A DNA stretch of 64,000 nucleotides from Eubacteriales bacterium (GTDB lineage: Bacteria > Bacillota > Clostridia > Oscillospirales > CAG-382). Positions 30,248-40,285 of the stretch are shown here, piece by piece. The stretch lies in the NCBI GenBank assembly GCA_045595165.1, contig JAZNZY010000001.1, positions 467-64,466 of the forward strand, in the 5' to 3' direction. Every line of letters begins with the position of its first letter. Within the stretch, counting starts at the first letter, position 1. The notes under the pieces were generated by a model. The model made no database searches and was not told the origin of the DNA. It saw nothing but the letters and a program-made list of their open reading frames with translations. The translations under genes and the position numbers were made by a program.

Positions 30248-31864
30248 ATGTCTAAAATCAAAACACCCGTAGTTACTATAGTTATGGACGGCGTAGGCCT
30301 TTGTCCCAGAACCGAGGGCAACGCTGTTGCCGCCGCAAGCACACCTACATTGGATATGCTTATGGCGAATTACCCCACCTTTTCTCTTAAGGCTCACGGA
30401 ACGGCGGTAGGTCTTCCCTCCGATGACGATATGGGCAACAGCGAGGTTGGCCACAACGCACTGGGCGCAGGTCAGGTATTTGCTCAGGGCGCAAAGCTGG
30501 TTTCCTCCGCTATTGAGAGCGAAAAGCTGTTTAACAGCGAAAGCTGGAAAAAGGTTGTTGCCAACGTAGGCGACACCGGTTCTGTACATTTTATCGGCTT
30601 GTTTTCCGACGGTAACGTGCATTCCCACATCGACCACCTGAAGGCTATGATAGTTAGAGCCAAGGCGGACGGCGTTAAGAAGGTTCGTATACACATACTG
30701 CTTGACGGCCGCGACGTTGGCGAAACGTCCGCGCTTGAATACGTTGATCCCTTTGAAGCTTGGCTTAAAGACCTTTGCGGCGAAGGCTTCGATGCACGCA
30801 TTGCATCCGGCGGCGGAAGAATGGTTATTACCATGGACAGATACGAAGCAAACTGGTCTATGGTTGAAAAGGGCTGGCACACCCACGTGCTGGGCGAAGG
30901 AAGATATTTTGCATCCGCCCACGAGGCTGTTGTTACCTACCGCGAGGAAACCGGCAAGATCGACCAGGATCTTCCTCCCTTCGTTATTGCCGAGGAAAAT
31001 AAGCCTGTGGGAACTATCGAGGACGGGGACAGCGTAGTATTCTTTAACTTCCGCGGCGACAGAGCTATTGAAATTTCCAAGGCATTTGACGATAAGGATT
31101 TTGATAAATTCGACCGTGTGCGCGTGCCCAACGTAGTTTACGCAGGTATGCTGGAGTATGACGGCGACGCTCACGTTCCCTCGATGTATCTGGTTTCTCC
31201 TCCCGAAATTTCCAACACCATGGGTGAATACCTTGCTTCTCTGGGCGTTAACCAGTACGCGCTGAGCGAAACCCAGAAATACGGCCACGTTACCTATTTC
31301 TGGAACGGAAACAGAAGCGGAAAGTTTAACGAAGAGCTGGAAACCTACGTTGAGGTTCCCTCCGATGTGGTTCCCTTTGAGCAGCGCCCCTGGATGAAGT
31401 GCGCAGAGATCACCGATCTGCTGATCGAAGCTATCGAGAGCGGAAAATACGGTTATCTCCGTGTAAACTTCGCCGACGGCGATATGGTTGGTCACACCGG
31501 CTCCTTTGCCGCTACCAAGATATCTATGGAAGCCCTGGACCTTTGCCTTGCACGTATTCTCAAGGCAGTTGACAAGGCGGGCGCGGTGGCTGTTATTACC
31601 GCAGACCACGGCAACGCCGACGAAATGTACGAATACAACAAGAAAAAGGGCGCAGTTTCTCTTAACGAGGACGGCACTCCCAAGGCAAAGACAAGCCATA
31701 CTCTTAACCCCGTTCCCTGCATTATCTACGATAACACCGGCAGAAACGACTATGAATGTGTAGAAGGTCAGTACGGCCTTGCAAACGTAGCCGCCACGGT
31801 TGTTACGTTGCTGGGCTTTGAGCCTAAAGATATGTGGGAAAGCTCGATGATAAAGATAAAATAA
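30248..31864 (+). CDS. gpmI: 2,3-bisphosphoglycerate-independent phosphoglycerate mutase
   Basis: MDGVG, MGNSEVGH, FSDGNVHSH, NFRGDRA, ETQKYGHVT, DMVGHTG, TADHGNA. Confidence 0.97.
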   Translation: MSKIKTPVVTIVMDGVGLCPRTEGNAVAAASTPTLDMLMANYPTFSLKAHGTAVGLPSDDDMGNSEVGHNALGAGQVFAQGAKLVSSAIESEKLFNSESWKKVVANVGDTGSVHFIGLFSDGNVHSHIDHLKAMIVRAKADGVKKVRIHILLDGRDVGETSALEYVDPFEAWLKDLCGEGFDARIASGGGRMVITMDRYEANWSMVEKGWHTHVLGEGRYFASAHEAVVTYREETGKIDQDLPPFVIAEENKPVGTIEDGDSVVFFNFRGDRAIEISKAFDDKDFDKFDRVRVPNVVYAGMLEYDGDAHVPSMYLVSPPEISNTMGEYLASLGVNQYALSETQKYGHVTYFWNGNRSGKFNEELETYVEVPSDVVPFEQRPWMKCAEITDLLIEAIESGKYGYLRVNFADGDMVGHTGSFAATKISMEALDLCLARILKAVDKAGAVAVITADHGNADEMYEYNKKKGAVSLNEDGTPKAKTSHTLNPVPCIIYDNTGRNDYECVEGQYGLANVAATVVTLLGFEPKDMWESSMIKIK

Positions 31865-32010
31865 CGATGAACGATAAACGATGAACGATGAACGAACCAC
31901 CCCGCAAAACCGCAGGTTTTGTAGGGACCCCGGAATGGAAACCTTTTTTCGCGTCTTTACGCGAAAAAAGCTACCGAAGTTCATAGTTCATAGTTCCCAG
32001 TTCATCGTTT
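31863..32010. repeat. H element with nested C module (31898-31933)
   Basis: ACGATGA arm, CACCCCGCAAAACC-GCA-GGTTTTGTAGGGACCCCGG, CTTTTTTCGCGT..ACGCGAAAAAAG, TCATAGT arm. Confidence 0.9.
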
Positions 32011-32022
32011 GAGAGATAAACT

Positions 32023-32745
32023 ATGATTATATCTTTTATACAATCCTACCTCGCAGGCGTTTCCCCTGCCGAGATCGCAATTTTTGCATCCCTTACCATT
32101 ATATCTCTTTTGTTTTCCCTTACGGTGCACGAATGCGCCCACGGATGGATGGCACACAAATGCGGTGACGATACCGCATATATGAACGGGCGCATATCCC
32201 TTAATCCCCTTGCGCATCTTGACCCTATGGGTGCATTATCCATGCTGCTTGTGGGCTACGGCTGGGCAAAGCCCGTTCCCGTTAACTACCGCAATCTGAG
32301 AAGACCTAAGAGAGATATAGCGTTTGTTGCCCTTGCGGGCCCCGTTTCCAACCTTATACTTGGGTTTATATTCTCCCTGCTCTACACGGCTATAGCTATA
32401 TTTATGCCCGTGAGCACTGCGGGAACGGTACTGTTTTACGCATTCTATATTGCCGCCACCCTTAATATAGGTCTTGCGGTGTTTAACCTTATACCTCTTC
32501 CCCCGTTGGACGGAAGCAAGGTGCTTTCCTGCCTGCTCCCCGGAAGAGTTGCCGCAAAATACCTTATGTGGGAAAGATACTTCTATATAGTAATGCTGGT
32601 GCTTATAGTGGGAGATAACGTTCCCGTGATCGGCAACATTATAAATATAATATGGTGGCCCATTGATTATATACGGGAAACGCTTATAGGCATTTTCTCC
32701 ATTCCCGGCTACGCTTTGTGGTCGCTTATCAGGAGTCTTTTCTGA
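32023..32745 (+). CDS. Site-2 protease family (M50) membrane metalloprotease
   Basis: HECAH, AGPVSN, NLIPLPPLDG. Confidence 0.92.
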   Translation: MIISFIQSYLAGVSPAEIAIFASLTIISLLFSLTVHECAHGWMAHKCGDDTAYMNGRISLNPLAHLDPMGALSMLLVGYGWAKPVPVNYRNLRRPKRDIAFVALAGPVSNLILGFIFSLLYTAIAIFMPVSTAGTVLFYAFYIAATLNIGLAVFNLIPLPPLDGSKVLSCLLPGRVAAKYLMWERYFYIVMLVLIVGDNVPVIGNIINIIWWPIDYIRETLIGIFSIPGYALWSLIRSLF

Positions 32746-32746
32746 T

Positions 32747-33460
32747 ATGGAAGAAAAAATTGTAAAGATAGAGCAGTACGAAGGTCCTCTGGACCTGCTG
32801 CTTGCTCTTATACAAAAGCATAAAATAGATATACTGGATATCCCCATATCCGAAATATGCGAGCAATATATCGAATATATCGAAACTCTGATGTCCCGGC
32901 AGATGGAGGTTACGGGAGATTTTATAGTTATGGGATCCACCCTGATGCTTATAAAATCCCGTATGCTTCTCCCCCGCGAAGAAGGGGAAGAAGACCCCAG
33001 ACAGGTGCTGGTAGACGCACTGCTCGAGCACCGCAAGGCACAGCTTGCGGCGGTGATCTTAAAGGACAGAGCAGAGGAATTTTACGATAGATTTACCCGT
33101 GAGCCCGAGGAATTGCCCCCCGGAAGCTATTCAAGGCTTCACCCCGTTTCCCTTTTGGTGGAAGCGTTCATAAGAATGGGCACACGAATTCCCGAGGACA
33201 GCCAAAAAAACACCCCCGCTTTGTTTGAAAAGCTGGAAAACGAGCGGTATTTTACGGTGGACGAAAAGGTGCTGCACATATCAAAGCGGCTTTCCCGCCT
33301 AAAAAGATGCGTTTTTACCGTCCTTTTTGACGATTGCGGCGGCAGAGGCGAGATCGTCGCCACCTTCCTCGCACTGCTTGAAATGGTGCGGGACGGCGCT
33401 TTGCGTGTAGAAGGCAACGGGGACGACGTTTACCTTGAAATTGTAACGGAGGAGGAGTAA
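32747..33460 (+). CDS. scpA: Segregation and condensation protein A
   Basis: YEGPLDLLLALI, IATFLALLEM; adjacent to scpB. Confidence 0.93.
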   Translation: MEEKIVKIEQYEGPLDLLLALIQKHKIDILDIPISEICEQYIEYIETLMSRQMEVTGDFIVMGSTLMLIKSRMLLPREEGEEDPRQVLVDALLEHRKAQLAAVILKDRAEEFYDRFTREPEELPPGSYSRLHPVSLLVEAFIRMGTRIPEDSQKNTPALFEKLENERYFTVDEKVLHISKRLSRLKRCVFTVLFDDCGGRGEIVATFLALLEMVRDGALRVEGNGDDVYLEIVTEEE

Positions 33461-33464
33461 AAAA

Positions 33465-34028
33465 ATGAACGTATCCGAAATTTCCGCGGCGATGGAAGCG
33501 GTGCTTTTCGCCTGCGGTGCTCCCGTTCAGAAAGAACGCCTTACCGAGCTTTTTGATATAACCTCCGATGAGCTTACTCAGGCGGCAGAGCATTTGCGCG
33601 CCCGTCTGGATTCTCCCGAAAGCGGTATTCAGCTTATATTCCTTGACGGCGCGTACCAGATATGCACAAAAAGCTGTATGGCAGACCTTGTGAGAAAAGC
33701 GCTGGAGATGAAAAAAACTCCCCCTCTTTCCAAGGCGGCTTTGGAAGTGCTGGCGATAATCGCATACAACCAGCCCGTAACCCGTTCATTTATAGAAACG
33801 GTGCGCGGTGTGGATTCCACCTATATCGTGGGTTCTCTGCTGGATAAGGGCTTGATTTGCGAAAAGGGCGTGCTGGATGCACCCGGCAGACCTACACTTC
33901 TGGGCACGGGAGAAAACTTCCTGCGCTGTTTCGGGCTTGAAAGCCTTTCCGAACTGCCCGATACCGGCGTGCTGATGGCGGAAAGCGAAACCGTGGGAAG
34001 CCTTATACCGGAGGACGAGCAGTGTTAG
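33465..34028 (+). CDS. scpB: SMC-Scp complex subunit ScpB
   Basis: LSKAALEVLAIIAYNQPVTR, GRPTLLGT, FGLESL. Confidence 0.95.
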   Translation: MNVSEISAAMEAVLFACGAPVQKERLTELFDITSDELTQAAEHLRARLDSPESGIQLIFLDGAYQICTKSCMADLVRKALEMKKTPPLSKAALEVLAIIAYNQPVTRSFIETVRGVDSTYIVGSLLDKGLICEKGVLDAPGRPTLLGTGENFLRCFGLESLSELPDTGVLMAESETVGSLIPEDEQC

Positions 34029-34648
34029 CTCTTTATATAATACTCGGTATTATCGCGCTTTTTTGTCTTTTCCTATGCCTGCGGGCAAAGGTGTTTGTTA
34101 CTTGGTGTAATGAACTTTTCGTAAGAGTCGCTTTGGGTAAAATTTCCTATGAATTCGCCTTGAACGATTATATTAAAAAGGAAAAGTCCGAAGAAAAGCC
34201 CAAAGAAAAAGCGCCGAAAAAGGAAAAGAAAAAAGCAAAAGGGAAAAAGAAAAAGGAAAAACAAAAAGTTCCCTTTAAAGATCAGCTTGAATTTTTTAAA
34301 AACCTCACTATTGCCGCATTCAAGCATTTCGGCAAAAAGATAAGAATAGAAAAATACGTTTTCAAGGTTTCCGTAGGCACGCCCGATGCGGCGCAGACCG
34401 CCATACTTTACGGCGGTATATGCGGGCTTATGGCAAACCTGAACGAGGTTATACTTAACTACCGCCACAAAAAAGGGGCAAGGATCTATTCCGAATGCAA
34501 GCCCGATTTTCTGAGCGAAAGTATGGATATCTACGTTGATATCGGCGCATCCGTAACGCTGTGGAACGTGGTTATTACGGGAATAGCGGCAGGATTGGTT
34601 TGGCTCAGGTTTAAGTTAAAAACAAGAAAACAAGAAACTAAAAAATAA
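34022..34648 (+). CDS. DUF2953/YtfI-like membrane-anchored protein
   Basis: N-terminal TM, DAAQTAILYG motif, upstream of ytfJ; GTG start with GGAGG SD. Confidence 0.75.
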   Translation: MLALYIILGIIALFCLFLCLRAKVFVTWCNELFVRVALGKISYEFALNDYIKKEKSEEKPKEKAPKKEKKKAKGKKKKEKQKVPFKDQLEFFKNLTIAAFKHFGKKIRIEKYVFKVSVGTPDAAQTAILYGGICGLMANLNEVILNYRHKKGARIYSECKPDFLSESMDIYVDIGASVTLWNVVITGIAAGLVWLRFKLKTRKQETKK

Positions 34649-34655
34649 ATCCGAA

Positions 34656-34890
34656 GGACACGGAGCATTTGGATGCAGAAGGAATTTTCGTTAGCGGTAG
34701 CTGTAGTAAACTACAGCGAGCGACACGAAAATTTCTACAAAAACGCAAATTAAATTATTTTAAAGAAATTCTGTAAGAATTTCTACCTCTGAACCATTAG
34801 AGGCGGGCAGTCGAGGACGCCTGCCCCTACGGTTTTCGAAACATTTGAGTGAATTTTGCGTTTTTGGTTCTGCGCCGAATGAACGTGTCC
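34656..34890 (+). repeat. L element copy 4
   Basis: GGACACGGAGCATTTGG...CCGAATGAACGTGTCC; ends just before the ytfJ SD. Confidence 0.92.
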
Positions 34891-34909
34891 CCAAAAAGGA
34901 GGAAAACAT

Positions 34910-35377
34910 ATGAACGATATTCCTTTGAAGCAAGTTATAGAATCAACTTTAGCAAAAATCGGCTCGGTGGCTGACGTAAACACCGTAGTGGGCGACCCCA
35001 TTACCATTGATGGGGGTATTACTATCGTACCCTTTTCCAAGGTTTCCGTGGGATTTGCATCCGGCGGTGTGGATTACAACGGCAAAAACGAAACGGCAGA
35101 CAAGGCGCCTCATTTTGCAGGCGGAAACGGCGCGGGAGTAAGCGTTGTTCCCCTTGGATTTTTGCTTATTCAAAACGGCGAGGTGCGTATGCTTGACCTT
35201 AAGAACCCCGCCTCCTTTGAATATGCTCCTCAAGACCCCGTGAGCAAAACTATTACTGCGGTGAATTCCCTTATTGACAGAGGTCCCGAATTGGTGCTTA
35301 AGATAAAGGACATTATCGCTCAGCCCAAGGCAGAGGAAGAACCCGTAGGGGACAAAACCGAGGAAACCGCCGAATAA
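34910..35377 (+). CDS. ytfJ: GerW/YtfJ family sporulation protein
   Basis: DVNTVVGDPI, PFSKVSVGFASGG, GGNGAGVSVVPLGFL. Confidence 0.88.
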   Translation: MNDIPLKQVIESTLAKIGSVADVNTVVGDPITIDGGITIVPFSKVSVGFASGGVDYNGKNETADKAPHFAGGNGAGVSVVPLGFLLIQNGEVRMLDLKNPASFEYAPQDPVSKTITAVNSLIDRGPELVLKIKDIIAQPKAEEEPVGDKTEETAE

Positions 35378-36075
35378 TGGAGCGTATACAAAAGTACATT
35401 GCCTCCTGCGGAGTAATGTCCCGCCGTGCCGCAGAAAAAGAGGTGGAAAAAGGGTCCGTTACCGTTAACGGGCAAAAAGCCGTGATCGGTCAGCCCGTGT
35501 GCGAAAAGGACGATATCCGTATAAACGGCGTGCCCGTCAAGCCGGAGAGCGGTAAAATTACGGTTATGCTTAACAAGCCCGGCGGATACGTTACCACTAT
35601 GAGCGACGAATTGGGCAGAAAGACGGTTAACGATCTTATCGACCTGCCGTACCGTCTGTACCCTGCGGGCAGACTGGACAAGGACAGCGAGGGACTGCTG
35701 ATAATGACCAACGACGGGGACTTGGCTAACCGTCTTACCCACCCCAAAAGCGGAAAGAAAAAGATATACCACGTGTATATAAGAGGCAATGCGGACAATA
35801 ACGCATTGGATGCTTTGCGGAATATGCGCACTCTGGAGGGTGAAAAGATAAACCCCGTGGGAGTGGAGCTTATTAAAAGAAGCCCTACGGGAAGCCTGAT
35901 AAAATTCACCCTTACCGAAGGAAAAAACCGCCAGATACGCCGTATGTGCGAAAGCGTGGGAATTACCATTACCCAGCTTAAGAGGGTGCAGATCGGCACG
36001 CTGCGTCTGGGGGATCTAAAAGCGGGACAGTACCGCCGTCTTACAAAAGAAGAAATAGGAGAACTGCTCAAATGA
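35377..36075 (+). CDS. rluB: RluB/RsuA-family rRNA pseudouridine synthase
   Basis: S4 domain RIQKYIASCGVMSRR, GRLDKDSEGLL, EGKNRQIRRM. Confidence 0.85.
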   Translation: MERIQKYIASCGVMSRRAAEKEVEKGSVTVNGQKAVIGQPVCEKDDIRINGVPVKPESGKITVMLNKPGGYVTTMSDELGRKTVNDLIDLPYRLYPAGRLDKDSEGLLIMTNDGDLANRLTHPKSGKKKIYHVYIRGNADNNALDALRNMRTLEGEKINPVGVELIKRSPTGSLIKFTLTEGKNRQIRRMCESVGITITQLKRVQIGTLRLGDLKAGQYRRLTKEEIGELLK

Positions 36076-36374
36076 TAACCACAAAACAGCGGGCGTACCT
36101 TCGCTCCCTTGCCAACAACGTGCAGGCACTGTATATTGCGGGAAAGGGCGAGGTTACGAAAAACCAGCTAAAAGCCTTTGCCGACGGTCTGGAAGCCAGA
36201 GAGCTTATTAAAATAACCGTGCTTGAAACCAGCCCCTATACCCCCAGAGAATTGTGTGATATTCTGGTGGAGGAATTGGGCGCAGAGCCTGTGCAGGTGA
36301 TAGGAAGAAAGGTAGTCCTTTACAAGCAGGCAAAAAATAAAGACAACCGCAAAATAGTCCTTCCCGAAAAATGA
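36072..36374 (+). CDS. yhbY: YhbY/CRM RNA-binding protein
   Basis: TKQRAYLRSLA, ELIKITVL, VQVIGRKVVLYK. Confidence 0.9.
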   Translation: MITTKQRAYLRSLANNVQALYIAGKGEVTKNQLKAFADGLEARELIKITVLETSPYTPRELCDILVEELGAEPVQVIGRKVVLYKQAKNKDNRKIVLPEK

Positions 36375-36925
36375 GCAGGGAAAAACATATTGCGGGCGTG
36401 GTCGCCGCCGCGGAGATGATACGGAGCGAGGTTTTCCCTCATCTTGATAAAGACGAGGTGTTTACCGCCGCTTTCTACCACGATTGCACAAAAAGCGAAG
36501 ACCAGATATCCCTTTTAAAGGAATACGGTATTGAACCGACAGAGGATCTGTTGCGCTCCCCTGCGGTGATACACGCATTCACGGGGGCGGAAAGGTTAAA
36601 AAGAGAAGGCAAAAGCGATTCCGTTGTAAACGCAGTGCGCTACCACACCACCGGCAGACCGAATATGACGGAAATAGAGAAAATTATATTTATTGCCGAT
36701 TATATCGAGGAAAACCGCGAGTACGAGTCTTGCAAAAGCGCAAGAAACGAATATTTGAAAAGCGAAAAAACGGTTAAAAATATAGATAAATTAATTTATA
36801 CCGTATTAAAATATACGGTAGATCATTTAAAAGAAAAGAAAGCATACATTCATCCGCTGACATTGGAAGCAGAGGAATGGTATGGAAGGCGGGCAGTCGA
36901 GGACGCCTGCCCCTACGGTTTGTAA
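36371..36925 (+). CDS. yqeK: YqeK-type HD-domain Ap4A hydrolase
   Basis: AAFYHDCTK, HAFTGA, AVRYHTTG, IFIADYIE; located between yhbY and rsfS. Confidence 0.85.
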   Translation: MSREKHIAGVVAAAEMIRSEVFPHLDKDEVFTAAFYHDCTKSEDQISLLKEYGIEPTEDLLRSPAVIHAFTGAERLKREGKSDSVVNAVRYHTTGRPNMTEIEKIIFIADYIEENREYESCKSARNEYLKSEKTVKNIDKLIYTVLKYTVDHLKEKKAYIHPLTLEAEEWYGRRAVEDACPYGL

Positions 36926-36976
36926 ACAGCCGTGGGATTTCGATAATCGTAGGGACGGGCGTCCTCGACCGTCCGC
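36889..36976. repeat. Pair of oppositely oriented GTAG-type REP hairpins
   Basis: GCGGGCAGTCGAGGACGCCTGCCCCTAC (36889-36916) and GTAGGGACGGGCGTCCTCGACCGTCCGC (36949-36976). Confidence 0.85.
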
Positions 36977-36990
36977 AAAAGGAGATTTTT

Positions 36991-37326
36991 ATGGCAGAAT
37001 TGGCATTACAAGACAAGATCGCAGCAGTTGCTCAGGCGGCTCTTGACAGCAAAAACGGACAGAATATTTCGGCTATCCACGTAGCGAAGCAGACAGTTCT
37101 TGCGGACTGGTTCGTGCTGGCTACGGGTACATCCAACACCCACATAAATACCCTTGCAGACGAGGTGGAGTTTAAGGTTAAGGAAGAGTTGGGCATAGAC
37201 CCGCTCCGCACCGAGGGCAGAGGAAACAATATGTGGATACTGGTGGACTACGGATCTGTTATAGTTCATGTGTTCACAAAAGAAGGCAGAGAGTTTTATA
37301 AATTAGATAAGCTGTGGACGGTTTAA
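36991..37326 (+). CDS. rsfS: Ribosome silencing factor RsfS
   Basis: ADWFVLATGTSNTH, WILVDYGSVIVHVF, REFYKLDKLW; AGGAG SD. Confidence 0.93.
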   Translation: MAELALQDKIAAVAQAALDSKNGQNISAIHVAKQTVLADWFVLATGTSNTHINTLADEVEFKVKEELGIDPLRTEGRGNNMWILVDYGSVIVHVFTKEGREFYKLDKLWTV

Positions 37327-37428
37327 AACTATGAACGATAAACGATGAACGATGAACTAATGGTTGATTTTTGTTCTGCGAACAAAAATCTTCCGAAGTT
37401 CCTAGTTCATAGTTCATAGTTCCTCGTT
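37325..37428. repeat. H element
   Basis: ACGATGA arm, GATTTTTGTTC-TGC-GAACAAAAATC, TCATAGT arm. Confidence 0.9.
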
Positions 37429-37456
37429 ACAATTATATATCAAGTGAGATTTTATT

Positions 37457-39853
37457 ATGAAGTACGACTACAAACATTACGAATCCTACTGGCAAAACAA
37501 ATGGGACGAAGACAAGGTCTTTGTCTGCGATATTGACAAAAGCAAAAAGAAATTTTACGGTCTGGTAGAGTTTCCCTACCCTTCGGGTGCGGGAATGCAC
37601 GTAGGCCACATCAAGGCTTACGGCGGACTTGAGGTCATTACCCGTAAAAAGCGTATGGAGGGATACAACGTTCTGTTCCCCATAGGCTTTGATGCGTTCG
37701 GTCTTCCTACCGAAAACTACGCGATAAAGACCAACACCCACCCCAGAACCGTTACGGATAACAACATTGCAAAGTTCACCTCCCAGATGAAGCGTGTGGG
37801 CTTTGGCTTTGACTGGACGAGAGTTATCGACACCACCGAAGAGGACTACTACAAGTGGACACAGTGGATATTCCTTAAGCTGTTCGAGCACGGATACGTG
37901 TTCCGCGATAAAGCATCCGTAAACTACTGTCCCTCCTGCCGCTGTGTGCTTTCCAACGAGGACAGCCAGGGCGGTAAGTGCGACATATGCCACAGCGACG
38001 TTGTGCAGAAATCCAAGGACGTTTGGTATCTGCGCATAACCAAGTATGCGGACAAGCTGCTGCAGGGTCTTAAGGACGTGGACTATCTTCCCAACATAGT
38101 GCTCCAGCAGGAAAACTGGATCGGCAAGAGCGAGGGCGCGTTCGCATCCTTCCGGCTTAAAGAGGTTGACGAAAAGCTCCGTATCTACACCACCAGACCC
38201 GATACAATGTTCGGCGTTACCTTTATGGTTATGGCGCCCGAGCATCCTCTGATCGACAAATATGCCGAAAAGATAAACAATATGTCCGATGTTCTTGCAT
38301 ACCGCGAGGAATGTGCGAAGAAAACGGAATTCGAGCGCACACAGCTTAACAAGGATAAGACCGGTGTGCGCCTTAACGGTCTTACGGCAATAAATCCCCT
38401 TTCCGGCAAGGAAGTTCCCATATTTATTTCCGATTACGTTATGATGGGCTACGGCACCGGCGCGATTATGGCTGTTCCCGCCCACGATGACCGCGATTTT
38501 GAGTTTGCAAAGAAATTCGGCGTGGATATTATTCCCGTTATCAAGGGCGGCGACGGCGAGAGTGCCTACACCGGCGACGGAGAAATGATAAACTCCGAAT
38601 TCTTAAACGGTATTACCAATAAAAAAGAAGCAGTTTCTGCCGCCATTAAGGTTTTGGAAGAAAAAGGCCTGGGCGAGGGCGGTGTTCAGTTCAAGATGAA
38701 GGACTGGGCGTTCAACCGCCAGCGTTACTGGGGCGAGCCTATTCCCATCGTTCACTGTGAGCATTGCGGCGACGTGGCTGTGCCTTACGATGAACTTCCC
38801 CTCCGTCTGCCCGATATGGAGCAGTTCGTGCCCGGCGAAGGCGGGGAAAGCCCTCTGGCAAAGGTAGAAAGCTTTGTTAACTGCGTCTGTCCCAAGTGCG
38901 GCGCTCCCGCAAAGCGTGAAACCGACACTATGCCTCAGTGGGCAGGTTCTTCCTGGTATTTCCTCCGTTATCTTGACCCGCACAACACCGAGGAATTTTG
39001 CTCCAAAGAAGCGCTGGATTACTGGATGCCCGTAGACTGGTACAACGGCGGTATGGAGCACGTTACCAGACATATGATCTACTCCCGTTTCTGGCATCGG
39101 TTCCTTTACGATATCGGCGAAGTGAACACTGCCGAGCCTTACGCAAAGCGTACCGCTCAGGGACTTATTCTGGGTCCCGACGGAGAGAAGATGTCCAAAT
39201 CCCGCGGCAACGTGGTTGACCCCAACGAAATAGTGGACAAATTCGGCGCAGACGTTCTGCGTGTGTATATAATGTTTATGGGCGATTACGAAAAGGCATC
39301 CCCCTGGAACGATTCTTCCGTGCGCGGATGTAAGAGATTCCTTGACCGTGTGGCAGGTATGGCAGAGCTGCCCGGCTGTGCTTCCGACAGCGCATCCGAA
39401 TCCGCGCTCCATAAGCTTATCAAGAAGGTTACAAGCGATATTGACAATATGAAGTTCAACACCGCTATTGCGGCTATGATGAGCTACATTAACGGCGTGT
39501 ACGAAAAGAACGCAATAAATGGCGATGAACTCAAGATTTTTGTTAAGCTGCTCGCTCCCTTTGCACCTCACCTTGCAGAGGAAATGTGGCACGATCTTGG
39601 CGAAAATTCTTACGTTTCCCTCGCTTCTTGGCCCCTTTACGACGAGAGCAAGACCGTGGACGATACCGTTGAGATCGCGGTGCAGTTCCTGGGCAAGCTG
39701 AAGGGCACCGTAGTGGTTCCCAAGGATGCGGACGAAAACACCGCTTGGGAGATCGTGGAAAAATCCGGCGTGCTGGATCAGGCGCTGGAAGGCAAGACTA
39801 TTGTTAAAAAGATCTATGTAAAAGGACGTATATTTAACGTTGTCGCTCGGTAA
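37457..39853 (+). CDS. leuS: Leucyl-tRNA synthetase
   Basis: FPYPSGAGMHVGH (HIGH-like), editing domain with GTGAIMAVPAHD, KMSKS. Confidence 0.97.
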   Translation: MKYDYKHYESYWQNKWDEDKVFVCDIDKSKKKFYGLVEFPYPSGAGMHVGHIKAYGGLEVITRKKRMEGYNVLFPIGFDAFGLPTENYAIKTNTHPRTVTDNNIAKFTSQMKRVGFGFDWTRVIDTTEEDYYKWTQWIFLKLFEHGYVFRDKASVNYCPSCRCVLSNEDSQGGKCDICHSDVVQKSKDVWYLRITKYADKLLQGLKDVDYLPNIVLQQENWIGKSEGAFASFRLKEVDEKLRIYTTRPDTMFGVTFMVMAPEHPLIDKYAEKINNMSDVLAYREECAKKTEFERTQLNKDKTGVRLNGLTAINPLSGKEVPIFISDYVMMGYGTGAIMAVPAHDDRDFEFAKKFGVDIIPVIKGGDGESAYTGDGEMINSEFLNGITNKKEAVSAAIKVLEEKGLGEGGVQFKMKDWAFNRQRYWGEPIPIVHCEHCGDVAVPYDELPLRLPDMEQFVPGEGGESPLAKVESFVNCVCPKCGAPAKRETDTMPQWAGSSWYFLRYLDPHNTEEFCSKEALDYWMPVDWYNGGMEHVTRHMIYSRFWHRFLYDIGEVNTAEPYAKRTAQGLILGPDGEKMSKSRGNVVDPNEIVDKFGADVLRVYIMFMGDYEKASPWNDSSVRGCKRFLDRVAGMAELPGCASDSASESALHKLIKKVTSDIDNMKFNTAIAAMMSYINGVYEKNAINGDELKIFVKLLAPFAPHLAEEMWHDLGENSYVSLASWPLYDESKTVDDTVEIAVQFLGKLKGTVVVPKDADENTAWEIVEKSGVLDQALEGKTIVKKIYVKGRIFNVVAR

Positions 39854-39857
39854 AACA

Positions 39858-40040
39858 CTGTAGATCGAAACGCAAATTAAATAATCCGTAATAACAAATG
39901 CGAGGGATTTTAATTTATCTCTCGCATTTTTGTTTTCTTTATAGGTAGAAATCTGTAAACAGATTTCTTTTAATTTTGCGTTTTTGTTCTACAGCGTTTT
40001 ACCATCGCTCGTCCCTGCAGACTTTGGGTTCTACAGACGG
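39858..40040 (-). repeat. L element variant (copy 5)
   Basis: AAACGCAAATTAAA/TTTAATTTTGCGTTT helix enclosing AAATGCGAG..CTCGCATTT and AGAAATCTG-TAAA-CAGATTTCT. Confidence 0.7.
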
Positions 40041-40056
40041 TAGTTATGGCAGCGTT

Positions 40057-40180
40057 GTAGGGAATGGGCTTGCCCATTCCGTTGTGTGCGAACAGTTTGC
40101 GGGACGTCGAGGACGACGTCCCCTACGCAGTTGCCACGGCTGTTCGATAACCGTAGGGGATGACGTCCTCGTCATCCCGC
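40057..40180. repeat. Cluster of three alternating GTAG-type REPs
   Basis: GTAGGGAATGGGC-TT-GCCCATTCC; reverse GTAGGGGACGT..ACGTCCC; GTAGGGGATGA..TCATCCC. Confidence 0.85.
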
Positions 40181-40193
40181 ATTAAATAAAAAT

Positions 40194-40251
40194 GTTTTTG
40201 CTCCGCAAAAACTACCATAGTTCATAGTTCATAGTTCACAGTTCATAGTTC
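40194..40251. repeat. H element, one arm
   Basis: GTTTTTGC-TCC-GCAAAAAC-TACC followed by TCATAGT heptamers. Confidence 0.8.
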
Positions 40252-40254
40252 AAA

Positions 40255-40282
40255 AAAATCCGTGGAACGCTCCACGGATTTT
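40255..40282. terminator. Bidirectional terminator
   Basis: AAAATCCGTGGA-ACGC-TCCACGGATTTT. Confidence 0.75.
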
Positions 40283-40285
40283 GAA

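Noticed and set aside
30131-31984. 617-aa minus strand ORF (likewise 19639-20715, 37433-38485, 38603-39592)
   Set aside because: Antisense to gpmI, proS and leuS; explained by codon bias of well-expressed genes
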